Source: Chrysomallon squamiferum
Lineage: Eukaryota; Animalia; Mollusca
Assembly: GCA_012295275.1 (NCBI GenBank)
Contig: CM022678.1
Span: forward strand, 17,918,001 to 17,982,000
Direction of reading: 5' to 3'
Length of the DNA stretch: 64,000 nucleotides
Position 1 is the first letter of the stretch. Each line of letters opens with the position of its first letter. Shown in pieces: positions 51,442 to 64,000 of this stretch. Below the pieces are notes generated by a model. That model searched no databases. It was not told where the DNA came from and was given only the letters and a program-made list of their open reading frames with translations. The position numbers and the translations under genes are program-made.

Positions 51442-54257
51442 TGTGTGTATATATATATAAACACACACATATTCAAACACATACTTGTAAGATAAACCTT
51501 CGGCTGAGCTATTAGCAGTTTTTTCATCTCAGAATCTGTGAAGCCCAGGAATTCCTTGATGTAGAATATAGTGTCCTAAAATAAACAAACACAAGCATGT
51601 ACTTACACACTTACACATACATTCAGACACAGTCTTCTAATGATTCTCTATAATTATAACATTAAAAAGAATGTTAATGCAAATTTTAAATGCAAGTTTT
51701 AAAAGATAACACCAGTTTGTGGATGGAAACTTGCAAAACACATACACATAAATAAATAAATATATTTACGAACAACTAAGATAAATATGTAAAAAATAGA
51801 TGCATGAAAAAAGAAAAAAGAAGAAGAAATCAAGAAATTCAAACACATATAAACATTTCCAAATATTTAAAAAAATATAAAAAAAAAAAAACTAACACAT
51901 CCATAATGAACTCTAGGTTCATCTCTCTAGAAACAAAGATTAAGTTAAGAATCACCACACCCCTTTCTCCATGTTTGTGTGGAGGGGAATCATTTTGTAA
52001 TTTGTAAGTTTTTCTCTGATAATGGGTCTAAACTGATAAAAGAAAAGATGTCTGGGTGACAAGTATTAAAATGAAAAAAATCATAGTGATGAATTAACAT
52101 TAGTGGTAGACTTAATAAAACATAAATAAATAAATAAATAAATTTAAAAAAAAGATGCATATATGTTTGGAATGTCATTCTAAATCATTTCAGTTAAAAA
52201 TTAAAAGATTTAAATTTTTCTAAAGACTGTCATCAAGCAAATGTCGACTGTATGCAAGTGTTGATCTAAATGAACAAATTTTCCATTAAGGGAGAGAACT
52301 GTTTTAAGATTTGTTTATTTTTATATTTTGTTATTTAGTTTCTTGTAACATACTTCTAAAAGATGTACATGAGACAAAATCTGTGCATCACCATCAGCAG
52401 TTTGCATGTTGTTTACCAGAGTTTTGTTCTTAATGAATTGTAACGATCACTGACCTGTAACGTAACCAATGTTTATCAACAAACACTTGTAACAGCAACA
52501 GCATCGTCTTTTTAAATGTGCACAATAACAACATGTAGTTACCTAAGCAGTTGCTGTCACATAAACAAATAAATGTGTTTGTATGTATGTATATAGGTGT
52601 GTTTGTATATGTATGCATGTGTCTATACAGAAACACAGACACATAATGAATTACTAGGGTGATCACTTTACAGTGTTTAGACAAATTAGTCAAATATTTT
52701 ATTTACATGTAACTAGAAGACTAAAAATAAAAATAAAAATTATAAAAAAATATCAATCTAATGTTTTTGAATAAGATTTAACTAAAAGAAAGTTAGTATA
52801 TCCCTACTGTAACTTGATCCCAGAGTCTATTGTTCTCAGACTTGTCTAAATTAATAAAAAAAAATTAATAAAAATGTTTTGGATCTAGTTTTTTTTTACC
52901 TTTAATCTATCTGTCTTCCATGATATCAGCTTAGGTTGTCTGCTTATGACATTCCGAACTTCATCTCCTAAAATATTAGATTTATGAAATATAGTGTGTG
53001 TGCCTGTGTGTGTAAGCCTTATGTTTAAAAAGAAAGAAGAAAACAACCTACTCTCCAACTTTAAAAAGACGAAAGATATTAAAAATATAATCTGAAATTA
53101 AAGTTTAAAATGTTGACCCACTTATTTTCATTATTGACATCAAAAACATAATCAAGTTTCAATATTTTTGTTAAAACAAATAAAACAACTTCTCCCCTCT
53201 GTTTACACAAAGATATTTTGGACTCAGTTTACAATATCTTACCTGTCAGGTGAAACTGTCGCTGAAGAAAACCAAGCTTTGCATCAATCATACTCAGAGG
53301 CAAAAGCAGGAAAACATAACTTTTGCTAACAATTCTTGCAACTGAGTCTTGAGAAAATCTTTTCGACACCAGGTAATCCACTTTCGTCTTAAGATGTTCA
53401 ATATCTTTCTCAAATATTAAAGGATTCTTTGTCAGGTAGTGTCCTAGCTCGCTTTCCTCGAGCCCAACATCGTGCAAGAAGAGCAAATATGGGCGGATGT
53501 CTTTCTCGAAGTCTGACTTCACTATGAGGTCAGCAGCTCCATCCACTTTTTCAACTTCCGAGAGGTTGACACCAAGTTTCACAAGTCTGGACAGCGTCTC
53601 TGACTTATCAGCGAGTGCAGCCAAATTGTGGACAGGAAGAATTTTTGATTTGGGTTTCTGTGGAAGGGGAATGATGCTGTCCATGTCTTTCAGTTCAATT
53701 TCATCATCAGTAAAGCCGATGTTGTCAGTAGTGTCTGTTGGAACAACTGTTGTTGACGATGATGTGTCAGTGTCTTTGTCCTGCACCTCATCTGGCTTTC
53801 GACCCTGCTCTGTTGAAACAGAAACAGCAGATACGCTGTTACCATAGCAACCAGTGACATCATCATGAACATTTTGGTGTGATAGTTTACTTTCCCCAGC
53901 TTTGCTCTGATCCACATCCAGTTCATTTGTGATTCCCAGTTTTTTGCAAACTGGATCAGAAACAGAGGAAATGGATGCTAAATGGAATTCTCTGGAAGTC
54001 TGCAAATATCTGTGTGTCAAACTGCCTGAAGTAAACACTGGGAAATATTTCACAGTTTCAAACCCTCTCTCTGAAACAGCAAACATGTTCCTAAAGTTAT
54101 TTTTTTTCACCTTCCACACCAGAACTATCTCTGTCTTCTCAGGAAATATAACTGATCCTAATGTCTGACAGCAGTGAAACCTTGAAATTAAACATTTTGT
54201 TTCTATCATGTGATGCATTTGTTTCCCATAATGCAAAGATAAAGTTCGGGACACCAT
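50434..54257 (-). CDS. MTERF3: Mitochondrial transcription termination factor 3, ~483 aa. Exons 54257-53243, 52967-52900, 51575-51485, 50711-50434.
   Basis: mTERF-type blocks SETLSRLVKLGVNLSEVE, DFEKDIRPYLLFLHDVG and YLVSKRFS, plus the diagnostic C-terminus FDYLHNVMG..RHQYLLSIGRAQYNPEKENYVSLKALVSGKDAEFCQNVAKTSLTHYNNFLKTL*. Splice phases 1, 0, 1 are consistent. The exact start Met is uncertain. Confidence 0.93.
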
Positions 54258-55955
54258 GTTTTATATCAATAAATATAAATGTTTTACTTATAAAAATCTG
54301 TAAATCTAGAAGTTTCTTCTTTGCATCTGAATTTCTAAAGTGTCTAAGAGGAGGCTGAAAAAATAAATAAATAAATAAATGAGCAAATATTTTATTCTTA
54401 AGACTGCATTAAAAAATAAACAGTGTTCATATTGTAAATCCAGACAAAGTCGATAATTATTTATTTGAGCTTTATCTACAAATATTAGATCTGTGTTCTA
54501 ACTGTAACTCAATAACTGTTTTTCATCTATTTTTTTTTTCTTTATTATTATTGTTGTTGTTTTTTGTTCATCAAAGCCTAAAACAATGGACGAAATTAGT
54601 GAAAGAAACTCATTTATTGAAATATCTCCAGTTTTGTTATTATTTTCTTTCTTTTTTAAAGCTCATCACAGCAGTGTAGAATATATTGAAATTTTAGGCG
54701 GATTCATTTCCTCCCTTCCCCGCCAATATATCTACTCTAACCACTCCACTGATATTCATTATGATTATTCACATCAGCACCAACAAGGCAACTGTGATCG
54801 ACAGCTTTGCAGGCTTGCCTAACAAACACACCATCTACAACATGTTCTACAAAGTAGAAGTCTAATTAGCTACTATTAAAGATAGTGCAGAAAATTACTC
54901 GTCAATCTGTTAATCGTACAGCTTTCTGTACCATTAGAACATTTGACTGACCACAATCATGGTCATACATTACATCGGCGTCTGCGAACATGCCGTTTTC
55001 AATAACGGAAACGATTTCTTCTGTTACGTATACTACCTCCAGAACTGTGGAGAACCGCAGTGTGTGATTAGACTATATCTAAAAATTAACATTAAATTTT
55101 ATTTGTTCATATTGTCTGTAATAGTATAGTGACAGTCGCAACAGAATACACTAACAGTAGTAACTGTAGTAGTACAGTCTTAGTATCATTAGTTCTGCTA
55201 GTTATTGTGGTAGTAATTGTGGTAGAAGTAGTAGTCGTAGTATTTGTAATAGTAGTAACAGTAGTAGTTGTTCTACAAGTCAATCGTTAATATGAATAGA
55301 ATAAAACTGAATTCTTTCAGGCTCATAGATTTTTCGTCTATAGATTTGGGGGGTTTGTTTTGGTTTGTGTTTTGAAAGTTATATTTATTTATTTATCTAT
55401 TTTTTTTTATCTATTTTTTTTTATTATTATTTGTTTTTTTTTTTTTTTTTTTTTTTTTAATTTTTGGTCTAATTTTCAGAATAAAACACTATACAGGAAT
55501 TTACTTTTTATTATTTACAAAAATGTTTGCAAAACATTTATAGAACAGAGGGAGAAAGAGATGTCTAACCTTTTCAGCATTATGTTCACTGTTATTCGTG
55601 TTTTTTATTTATTTATTTATTGAAAGATTTATATTTACCTTTTAATTTATTTTAATTCTTTTTTTTTTTTTCTTTTTTTTTTCGCATTTCTATCTTTTTT
55701 TTTTTATTTTTTATCTTTGTTTCAATATGGCACTTCGATATATACCTAAGTAATGGCCATTACCCGCGACTACGAATGACGTCAGAACGTGTCTATACTG
55801 TTGTAACTATTACCAACAATCGCTACAGTAACAAGCTACAATAATCTTTTTCTGCGTATTAAGTGAATGATTCTTCAGTTGCATTCCGCTTCATTTTAAA
55901 TTTATGAAAATATTTCCTTTTTGGATATTTTAGAACACACACACACACACACACA

Positions 55956-56053
<98 letters not shown>

Positions 56054-57429
56054 ATGTACTTTTGAATTTGAATATATGGAAAGAAAATACCAAAAAATAT
56101 TTTTTGTTATCTCTATCAGAGACAACGTAAAATTTAAAAAACAAACTTGATAAATTATTTCGCTGTTACAGTTCAATGAGTTTCATCAAGTTAAAAACGC
56201 TGATGGATAATTTATAGTCGTCTAGAAAACAAAAAACAAAACAGAAAACCAAAAAAAATCATTGCATTTCGTGGAAAAGCAATACTAATGTTCTTGATTT
56301 TATAAAGAAAAAAAAATAGTTTTCCTTTTCATAAATGATTTTTATAGAACTTCATTCCAGTTTTCAAAATGGCGTCTGCAAGCAGTGAATATTAATGTTC
56401 TTCTAAATTTTGTATTTGAAATCGTACCTCGGTTTAAATAAATAAAAGAATAAGTAAGTAAGTAAAAAATATTAATAATATTTAACTATACACTTAGCAG
56501 AACAACAAAAAAAAATATTTATAAAACCAAAATGAGAGAAAAATGTAAATACAGAAACAAATAATTTAAAAAAATAAATAAAATGAATAAATCAATCAAT
56601 CAGTAAATAAATAAATAAATAAATAAAACCAACAAAGAAGACAAGACAAAACAAATTATAAAAGAAACAGGCAAATAATAAATGGAACGTATATAATAAA
56701 ATAAAACTCATGAATACGTTGTGCATGCTCGTGTCTGTTTGTCTCTGTCCCTGGGCATGTGTGTTTATTCACGTACAGACACATAACGTACAGTCACCCT
56801 GTCAGCGCGAGAATCTTATGACATGCGCAGTTTTGTTTATAAAAAAAAGCTCTTGCTGTTTGTATAAAATAATAACTTATGACAATCGTGAAGGATTTTT
56901 TTTATTTTTCGTTTAATAACATTATAACAAAAAAAAAAAAAAACTGTAAACATGTTCTGATGCTTTTTTTTTTTTTAAAGATGTTAAAAAATAAATACCG
57001 TTTTATTTATTTATTTTTTTTAATTTTTATTATTCATTTTTTTTTTTTCTTGACTCGAATATATTAATATTTGTTGTTTGAAATAATGTTTCTCTTATAA
57101 TAGCCGCAGATTTATGGTTCTGATTTATGGAATATAACAAAATATGCAGCGGAAATATTAATTATATCAATTATGTTGCATTAGCATTAATGTAAACTAA
57201 ATGGGTACGATTTATAAACAAATTTTGATAATTAAAATTAATATTGAAACTGATTCGCAGATACACCTCTTTTTTTTCTGTCTTTATTATGTATATATGT
57301 ATGTATGTATATAGATTAGACTAGATTAGATTAAATTAGATTAGATTAGATTATAAAGCAAAACCAAGAATAAAAACGTAAAAATAAATATCTTCTGTTT
57401 TCTTCTTTTCTTTTTTTCATTTCAATCTC

Positions 57430-57464
<35 letters not shown>

Positions 57465-57599
57465 TCATTCCCCTTCTCCAACAAAAAATAAATACTTACT
57501 GTAATTTTATTATTTCTTTTCTTTTGACCGTATTGATCACCCACCCCATCACTCAGTTACTTGTGTCAGTGCCAGTTCTAACGAAGTGACTAAAGTTCT

Positions 57600-57850
57600 C
57601 AAAATGTCGCAGAAACGTCCAGTGGCTTTCTGAAAAGACCGGGTGGGTTTCTGAAAAGACCGGGTGGGTTATAACTTTGTCTCAATTATTGTCCACACCG
57701 CTGGTCAGCCTGTCAATCAATTTCGACCACACAAAGCGAACACAAGTGGCACTCAGAAAAGCCGATGACGTCACCGCCAATCAGCCAATGAGAGACGAGG
57801 ATATCGCCAGGAACACAAAATAGTATGATATACTTTAGGCTACGACCAGT
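57600..57850 (+). promoter_or_regulatory. Probable promoter of the T-box gene
   Basis: CpG-containing island in AT-rich DNA with a CRE TGACGTCA (57766-57773), tandem CCAAT boxes (57777, 57785) and a 21-bp direct repeat (57627-57668), about 450 bp upstream of the ATG. Confidence 0.55.
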
Positions 57851-57929
57851 GAGACAATTGTTAATAGTATATATGTTCATATTTGTGGTTATGTTCGAAC
57901 CCTAGCGAAAAAGAAGAAAAAAATATATA

Positions 57930-57964
<35 letters not shown>

Positions 57965-58227
57965 CAGTTTGATTTTCAGCAATAATATTATTTATTAAAA
58001 TAATGGAGATTTCTTCTAAATTTAACTGAAGGATTAATACAGCGTTTATATTAACGATATTTTTTTCTTACCTGAACCAGTGTACCTGTTAAAAAAAAGA
58101 AGAAGGAAAAAGACTTTACCTGATACACAGGTGTGTAACTCTGAGGATTATTACAAAGGAAGGTGATAGAAATATATTCGCCTGGTTTTCACACCACATC
58201 GGACTTGTTGTACATCACGCCGTCACG

Positions 58228-58940
58228 ATGCTGCAGCCCGGCAGCTGTGAAGTGAACAACGTCACCGACTACAACTGCTTCCAGACGGACGCGGCTCAGA
58301 GGGACAGACAGTACTACGTGGAATCCTGTGCAGAAGCTGACCCCGTCGTCAAACCGTACTACGGCAACTATGGGAGCCCCGTGGGTGCCAACGTCGCGTC
58401 TGGTGCTCAGATGTACGGCGACGACAGCCAGAACTCGACCTCGGGAGAGGAAAACTCGGAAAGCAAAGACCTGCAGACAGAGTACAACTCTCCCGAACCG
58501 GGGTACAACTCGTCTGGAAACGAGTACCACGCTCAAAGGGCGGACACGTCTGCCCAGTACACGTGCCTGCAGCCTGCCCAGCCGTCGTACGACTACCCAC
58601 CGCCACCAGCACTACAACCACCACCGCCACAACAGATGCCGTCGTATTCGGGCTTCAACCGACAGAACGCCCCACCCGTTTCGACGACGACGTACCCGAA
58701 AATGTATCAGATGCCGTACGGCACGTCGGAGCAAGCGACGTACTACCCGAGAGAGAATCAGTCCCCGCAGGCAATTCCGTCCCTCGAAATGACGACGTCT
58801 ACGCCGACGTCTCACATAGGTCGTCAGACGTCCCCCCAGGGCTACCTCCACGAGAAGGTGTGCGTGTTTCTGTGTAACAGGGAGCTGTGGGTGAAGTTCC
58901 ATAGCCACACCACAGAAATGATCATTACAAAGCAAGGAAG
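58228..58940 (+). CDS. Eomes: Exon 1 of an Eomesodermin/T-brain (Tbr1 subfamily) T-box transcription factor; the remaining exons lie beyond the window
   Basis: P/Q/S/Y-rich N-terminus followed by [26 protein letters not shown], the Eomes/TBR1/TBX21-type start of the T-box. Donor AAG|GTCAGT in phase 2. No RMFP exon was found in the remaining 5 kb. Confidence 0.9.
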
Positions 58941-58981
58941 GTCAGTGCGAATATTACTATTACATTTTTTTACCAGTTACC

Positions 58982-59065
<84 letters not shown>

Positions 59066-59715
59066 CAGACAGATATAAATTTGAGTAAATATGAATAATT
59101 ATATCTATCTATCTATCCATTCATCATTGCGTCCATCAGTTCATCTATCTATCTATCTGTTTAAAACTAAAAATAATGTCGGTATTTCATCTTAAAGACT
59201 AATAAAAATCAAAAGGAAAATGGATGGATACATGAATGAACGAACGAATGGATATGTCTATCTATCTATCTATTTATCTATCTGTCTATCTATTTATATT
59301 CATTGTAAATAACTGTTTTATTTTATTTGCTTTAAATTTACATTTCAAAGAGAGTGGGCTAAAAGCATATATAAAATTTTCAAACAAATACAGTTACAAA
59401 TAATCATTTTAGACACCGCATTTTTTTTGGGGGGGGGCGGGCGCTGATGTCGAAAATATTGCTTTTTAATAATCAAAATAAAAATAGTCATCACTAAGTT
59501 GAATCAACGCACACATGCTAAATTTCGTTCAATAATTGTGGTAAGTACGTATACTCTATTTAAATTTAGTTTTATTATATATATTAAAAACCTTAGCGCT
59601 TCCATTACATTCTGCTTAATAAAATTCTTATATTTTTTCTTAATTATTTAAACTTCTATTGAATAAATAGGAAAAATGAAATATGATAAAAACAGATTAT
59701 AAAGAAATAATAATA

Positions 59716-59759
<44 letters not shown>

Positions 59760-60165
59760 TAATAGCAAAATAAAACGAATACGAATAAATTATTTTCAGC
59801 AATGTTTATTTAATTTTATTACTGTATTTTACACACTTTCGGATATAATATATATATATAAAAGAAATAAAGAAACTGAAAACGATGAAATGAATCACAG
59901 AATTAACGAATAAATAAATAAACGAATAAATAAATCATTAAATGAATGAATAAATAAATAAACGAATAAATAAATCATTAAATGAATGAATAAATAAACG
60001 AATAAATGAATACTGAATGAACGAATAAAAGCATAAAATCGAATTTCATTTTTATAAAAAAAAATTTGCGTGATGTAAAAATTAATTCATAGTTTTATTT
60101 TAAACCTTGACAGCATAAAACATTAAAGGAAACAAAAACTCTACTTCAGATTAATATTTAAAAAA

Positions 60166-60219
<54 letters not shown>

Positions 60220-60337
60220 AATAAATAAATAAATAAAAGATTACTTTTGGAAATATATATCTTTTGTACTTCAAATTTTCTATTTTGCTTCATTTATTGG
60301 TATTTTTTTTTTTTTTTTTTTTTTTTTGGTAATTTGT

Positions 60338-60404
<67 letters not shown>

Positions 60405-61346
60405 TTAAAATAACAGTAGTAAAATTATATGTAAATAACAGTACATTTAATCAGTTTTATTTTAAATTATATTAATAAATGCTGTTATTTAAATATGTCA
60501 ACTGTATTATAATATTAAAAGCTAATGAAATAACAAGATCTTAGTAACAAAAACTTATTAAAATAAAGTTTTTATTATATTTTTTAATGTTAAATTGTAA
60601 ATAACGGACGTCGTTAAGCAGATGTTGAACATTTTAATTTTGTAAAAAATAATATTATTCCTAAAAAAATTTAATGTACTTAAATATTTATTTATATTTT
60701 ATAGAACGTTTCTGTCATACATTTTTAATAATTTATCAGTGTTTATAAACACAAATATGTCTTTAAATTCTCTTTTTCAAATAAAGGTTAACATTTTACA
60801 TTTAAAAAAATTAATATACATATATATATATATATATATATCTGCACAATTTTAAACTAAATGTCTTTACATAGTATTTGTCTTCCGAAAAACGTATTCT
60901 TTAGTTTAGTTTATTATTATTATTAATTAATCACTTTCAAGTTTTGTTTAAACGTAATTCTGACTGTGAAAAATATGGTATGCTGTCAAGAAAAATAAAA
61001 ACGAAGAAAAAGTTATTTTTAAGTTTTATAAGCTGTGAGATTTGCGGTTGCCGTCTGCTTAGATGTTTCATATAGTTTCACTTCCTACTTTTAATAGGCA
61101 GATTAAATTAAAATTTCACAAGTTACATTGGTAGCCGACAGCTGAAAAAAACAACGACAAAGAAACCAAAAACAGCTGCTTTTGAATGGACAAACTATTT
61201 ATAAAGTGAAAATAGAAGCAGCTCTGAAAATAAATATTTACGCACCTAATCTATTTGTATATACATGTATGTTATTTTACTGAGAGAGATAGAGAAAACA
61301 AAAACAACAAAAACAACAACAACAATAACTGTATATAACAGTAACA

Positions 61347-61381
<35 letters not shown>

Positions 61382-61485
61382 GGAGAAGAAAATGATGATG
61401 ATGATGATGAAGACATAGAAATATAAATAAAATAAAATAAAATAAATAAATAAATAACAGAAATTGAAGACAGAACGATCAGAAC

Positions 61486-61520
<35 letters not shown>

Positions 61521-62186
61521 AACAGAAAACCTGAGTGAACAAAAAGACCGTGATTAATAATTGGAAATTATTATCATCACATAAACTACTATCTATACAA
61601 ACATCTCCTTTTATTTAAATTCTCAAACGATAATTGAAAAATAAAAGAGCAAAACAATGAACATCATTGCAACTATTACGACAGTAATTATTTGCAAAAC
61701 AACCTATTAAATTTACCAACACCAATATACTAATGGTAGTTTTCATTTTCTTAGTGGTCTGTTGTTTTAGCAATCTGCGGTATATTTGATTTCTTTTCGG
61801 TACTTCACTGTACGGCACTTATCCGCCTGATTGACAATTTAGGGTCATTTAAAACGTGCTACTTCTTCTGTGCATAGGTGGTTTGTTTACTTAGTATAAA
61901 ATGCGGAGCGTTTTTAGTCAATAGTTTTGTTTATTTTAGGGTGTTAGATTCAAACGATTTCGTTATTGTGTTAAAGTGCAGTATAAGTGTTAGTACCGTT
62001 GTATATGTAATAATTTTACTTTTATGTTTGTTTGTTTGTTTATTTGTTTATTTATTTATTTATTAACAGTGTAGTTAAATGAAATTCAGATAATAAAAAT
62101 CCTCAAATAAAAACTAAGACAAATGAAAATTGAAATAAGATAGACACAAATTTATTATTATCTGCATTAATGTAAATCTACCACAT

Positions 62187-62221
<35 letters not shown>

Positions 62222-62824
62222 TGTATTCAAACTGATGCAACTGAAAATATCGATAAATAAAATTAAGATAATAAAATTCTTCAAATAAAAAATAAAAGTA
62301 AATAAAAATTGAGACATGACACACACACACAAACACACATAATAACAATAGTAGCAACAACAGCATTAATTAACAACAACAACAATAAGTAATAATAATA
62401 ATAATAATAATAATAATAGTTATAGTAAAAATAATAATAATAATATCAACAACGACAACAACTGCAATAACAATAACACTAGTAGTAGTTGTAGTAGTAG
62501 TAGTAGTAATAGTAATTTCGTAAATTTAGTAAGACGATTAATATTCAAGAATCATTATTTCCTGCCTTCAAATGTAAAACCAGGCGAATTTAGTCACATA
62601 ACAGCTTTGATTTATTACAGCTATGACGATAACATTATTTATAAGTTATATTTTATTCTATATTTTATTCTTGTTGATGAGCAAATTATTTTTTAATTAG
62701 AATGCTAAAACTGACTAAAGGAATACAGCCCAAAACAAACTGTAACTGAACGGAACTTTATTTACACTGAGAAAATAGTGTGCACAATTTAATATAACAA
62801 GACGGTAGATTTACAGTAATGTAC

Positions 62825-62900
<76 letters not shown>

Positions 62901-64000
62901 TAATAATAATAATAATAAAGAAACAAAGAAAGAAAGAAACATATAAATAAATAAATAAATAAACTAAATAAATAATTTTAAATGCTGCGAGAGTATATAA
63001 CATTTTTAAATAAGAAACAAAACAAACAAATAAAACAAAACAAGAAGAAAATAACAACAAAAAGAATTTCAAAAGAAAAAAAAAACACAAATCACCAACA
63101 ATAAAATAAATGAAAGAAAAGAAAAAATTAAAATCCTCTGCGACAAAGCTTAGTTTTTCAATAGTTTGTTTTATTTATTTTATTTAGTAACATACAATGC
63201 AATACAATAACATAACATAATATAATATAATATAAATATAATATAATATAATATAATATAATATAATATAATATAATGTAGTATATCATAACATAACATA
63301 ACATAACATAACATAATATAATATAATATAATATTATAACACAGTGCAATATAATGTAATATATAACAGTATAATATAACAGATAGTTGAGATTTTCAAT
63401 ATTACATTAATCAAATGCATTAAAAAGAATAATAATTCTATTCCGCTATATTTTAATTCTGAATATAATACTAAAGATCAAAAAGATAAAATACATATTA
63501 TATACTTAGGGACTGATTCCTAAATATTTTAAAATAATATTTGTAAAATAATTCTGAAACTTTCATTTTATTAAAATCACTAGATGATTTCATGAAGAAA
63601 AAGACGTGGTTTTTCTATTTTCGTTATTTTCCTGAGCTGTAGCTATGACTGCACTTTGTAACGTTTTTGATTCAGTTACAACCTTTCTACGTCATTACTA
63701 TCTCAAACCAGGTTAACTTAATAAAAAATTGACCTAATATGGTAATTCTTGCAAAGCACGTATGCATCAAACGCATCTATACGTAGAGACTTCTAGTAAC
63801 GTCTGCGTGGAAAAAATTCTAAAACTTTCCAGAATCTATAACAAATTAAATAAATTAAAAAGAAAAGAATTAACTGCATTTCAATATTTTAATTACAGAC
63901 AAATATTAAAAGGATATATACATATATAATATTATATACATTATTCAATATTACATATGTATATATCCTTTATATACATACATATATTATATTATATTAT

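Noticed and set aside
58189-58935. Multiple overlapping alternative-frame and antisense ORFs (also 26358-26721, 37291-37716, 53497-54168)
   Set aside because: They are shadows of real GC-rich coding exons with no independent support.

Overview
AT-rich, microsatellite-dense, intron-containing animal genomic DNA with one 200-N scaffold gap (13937-14136). A lophotrochozoan, plausibly a mollusc or cephalopod, is inferred from gene content and composition only. Genes were reconstructed by hand from GT-AG junctions and codon phase. The right half holds conserved genes: a 10-coding-exon ankyrin-repeat gene with a predicted N-myristoylation motif (29253-37660, +), IQCC (43332-48179, +), MTERF3 (54257-50434, -) and exon 1 of an Eomes/Tbr1-class T-box gene (58228-58940, +). 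The left half is a gene birth-and-death zone. It contains a multi-exon pseudogene (about 87-7334), decayed LRR and PHD-transposase fragments, and three tandem segmental copies of a block made of a protein tyrosine phosphatase (PTP) 3' end, spacer DNA and the ankyrin 5' end. The most notable feature is an intact 3-exon ORF (signal peptide, ShKT domain, EGF-like repeats; 232 aa) whose stop codon abuts the middle of a PTP terminal exon. This suggests an internal deletion turned a receptor PTP paralog into a secreted protein. The same duplication captures a 47-bp minisatellite expanding from one unit to about 32. No database searches were run; family calls rest on motif recognition.
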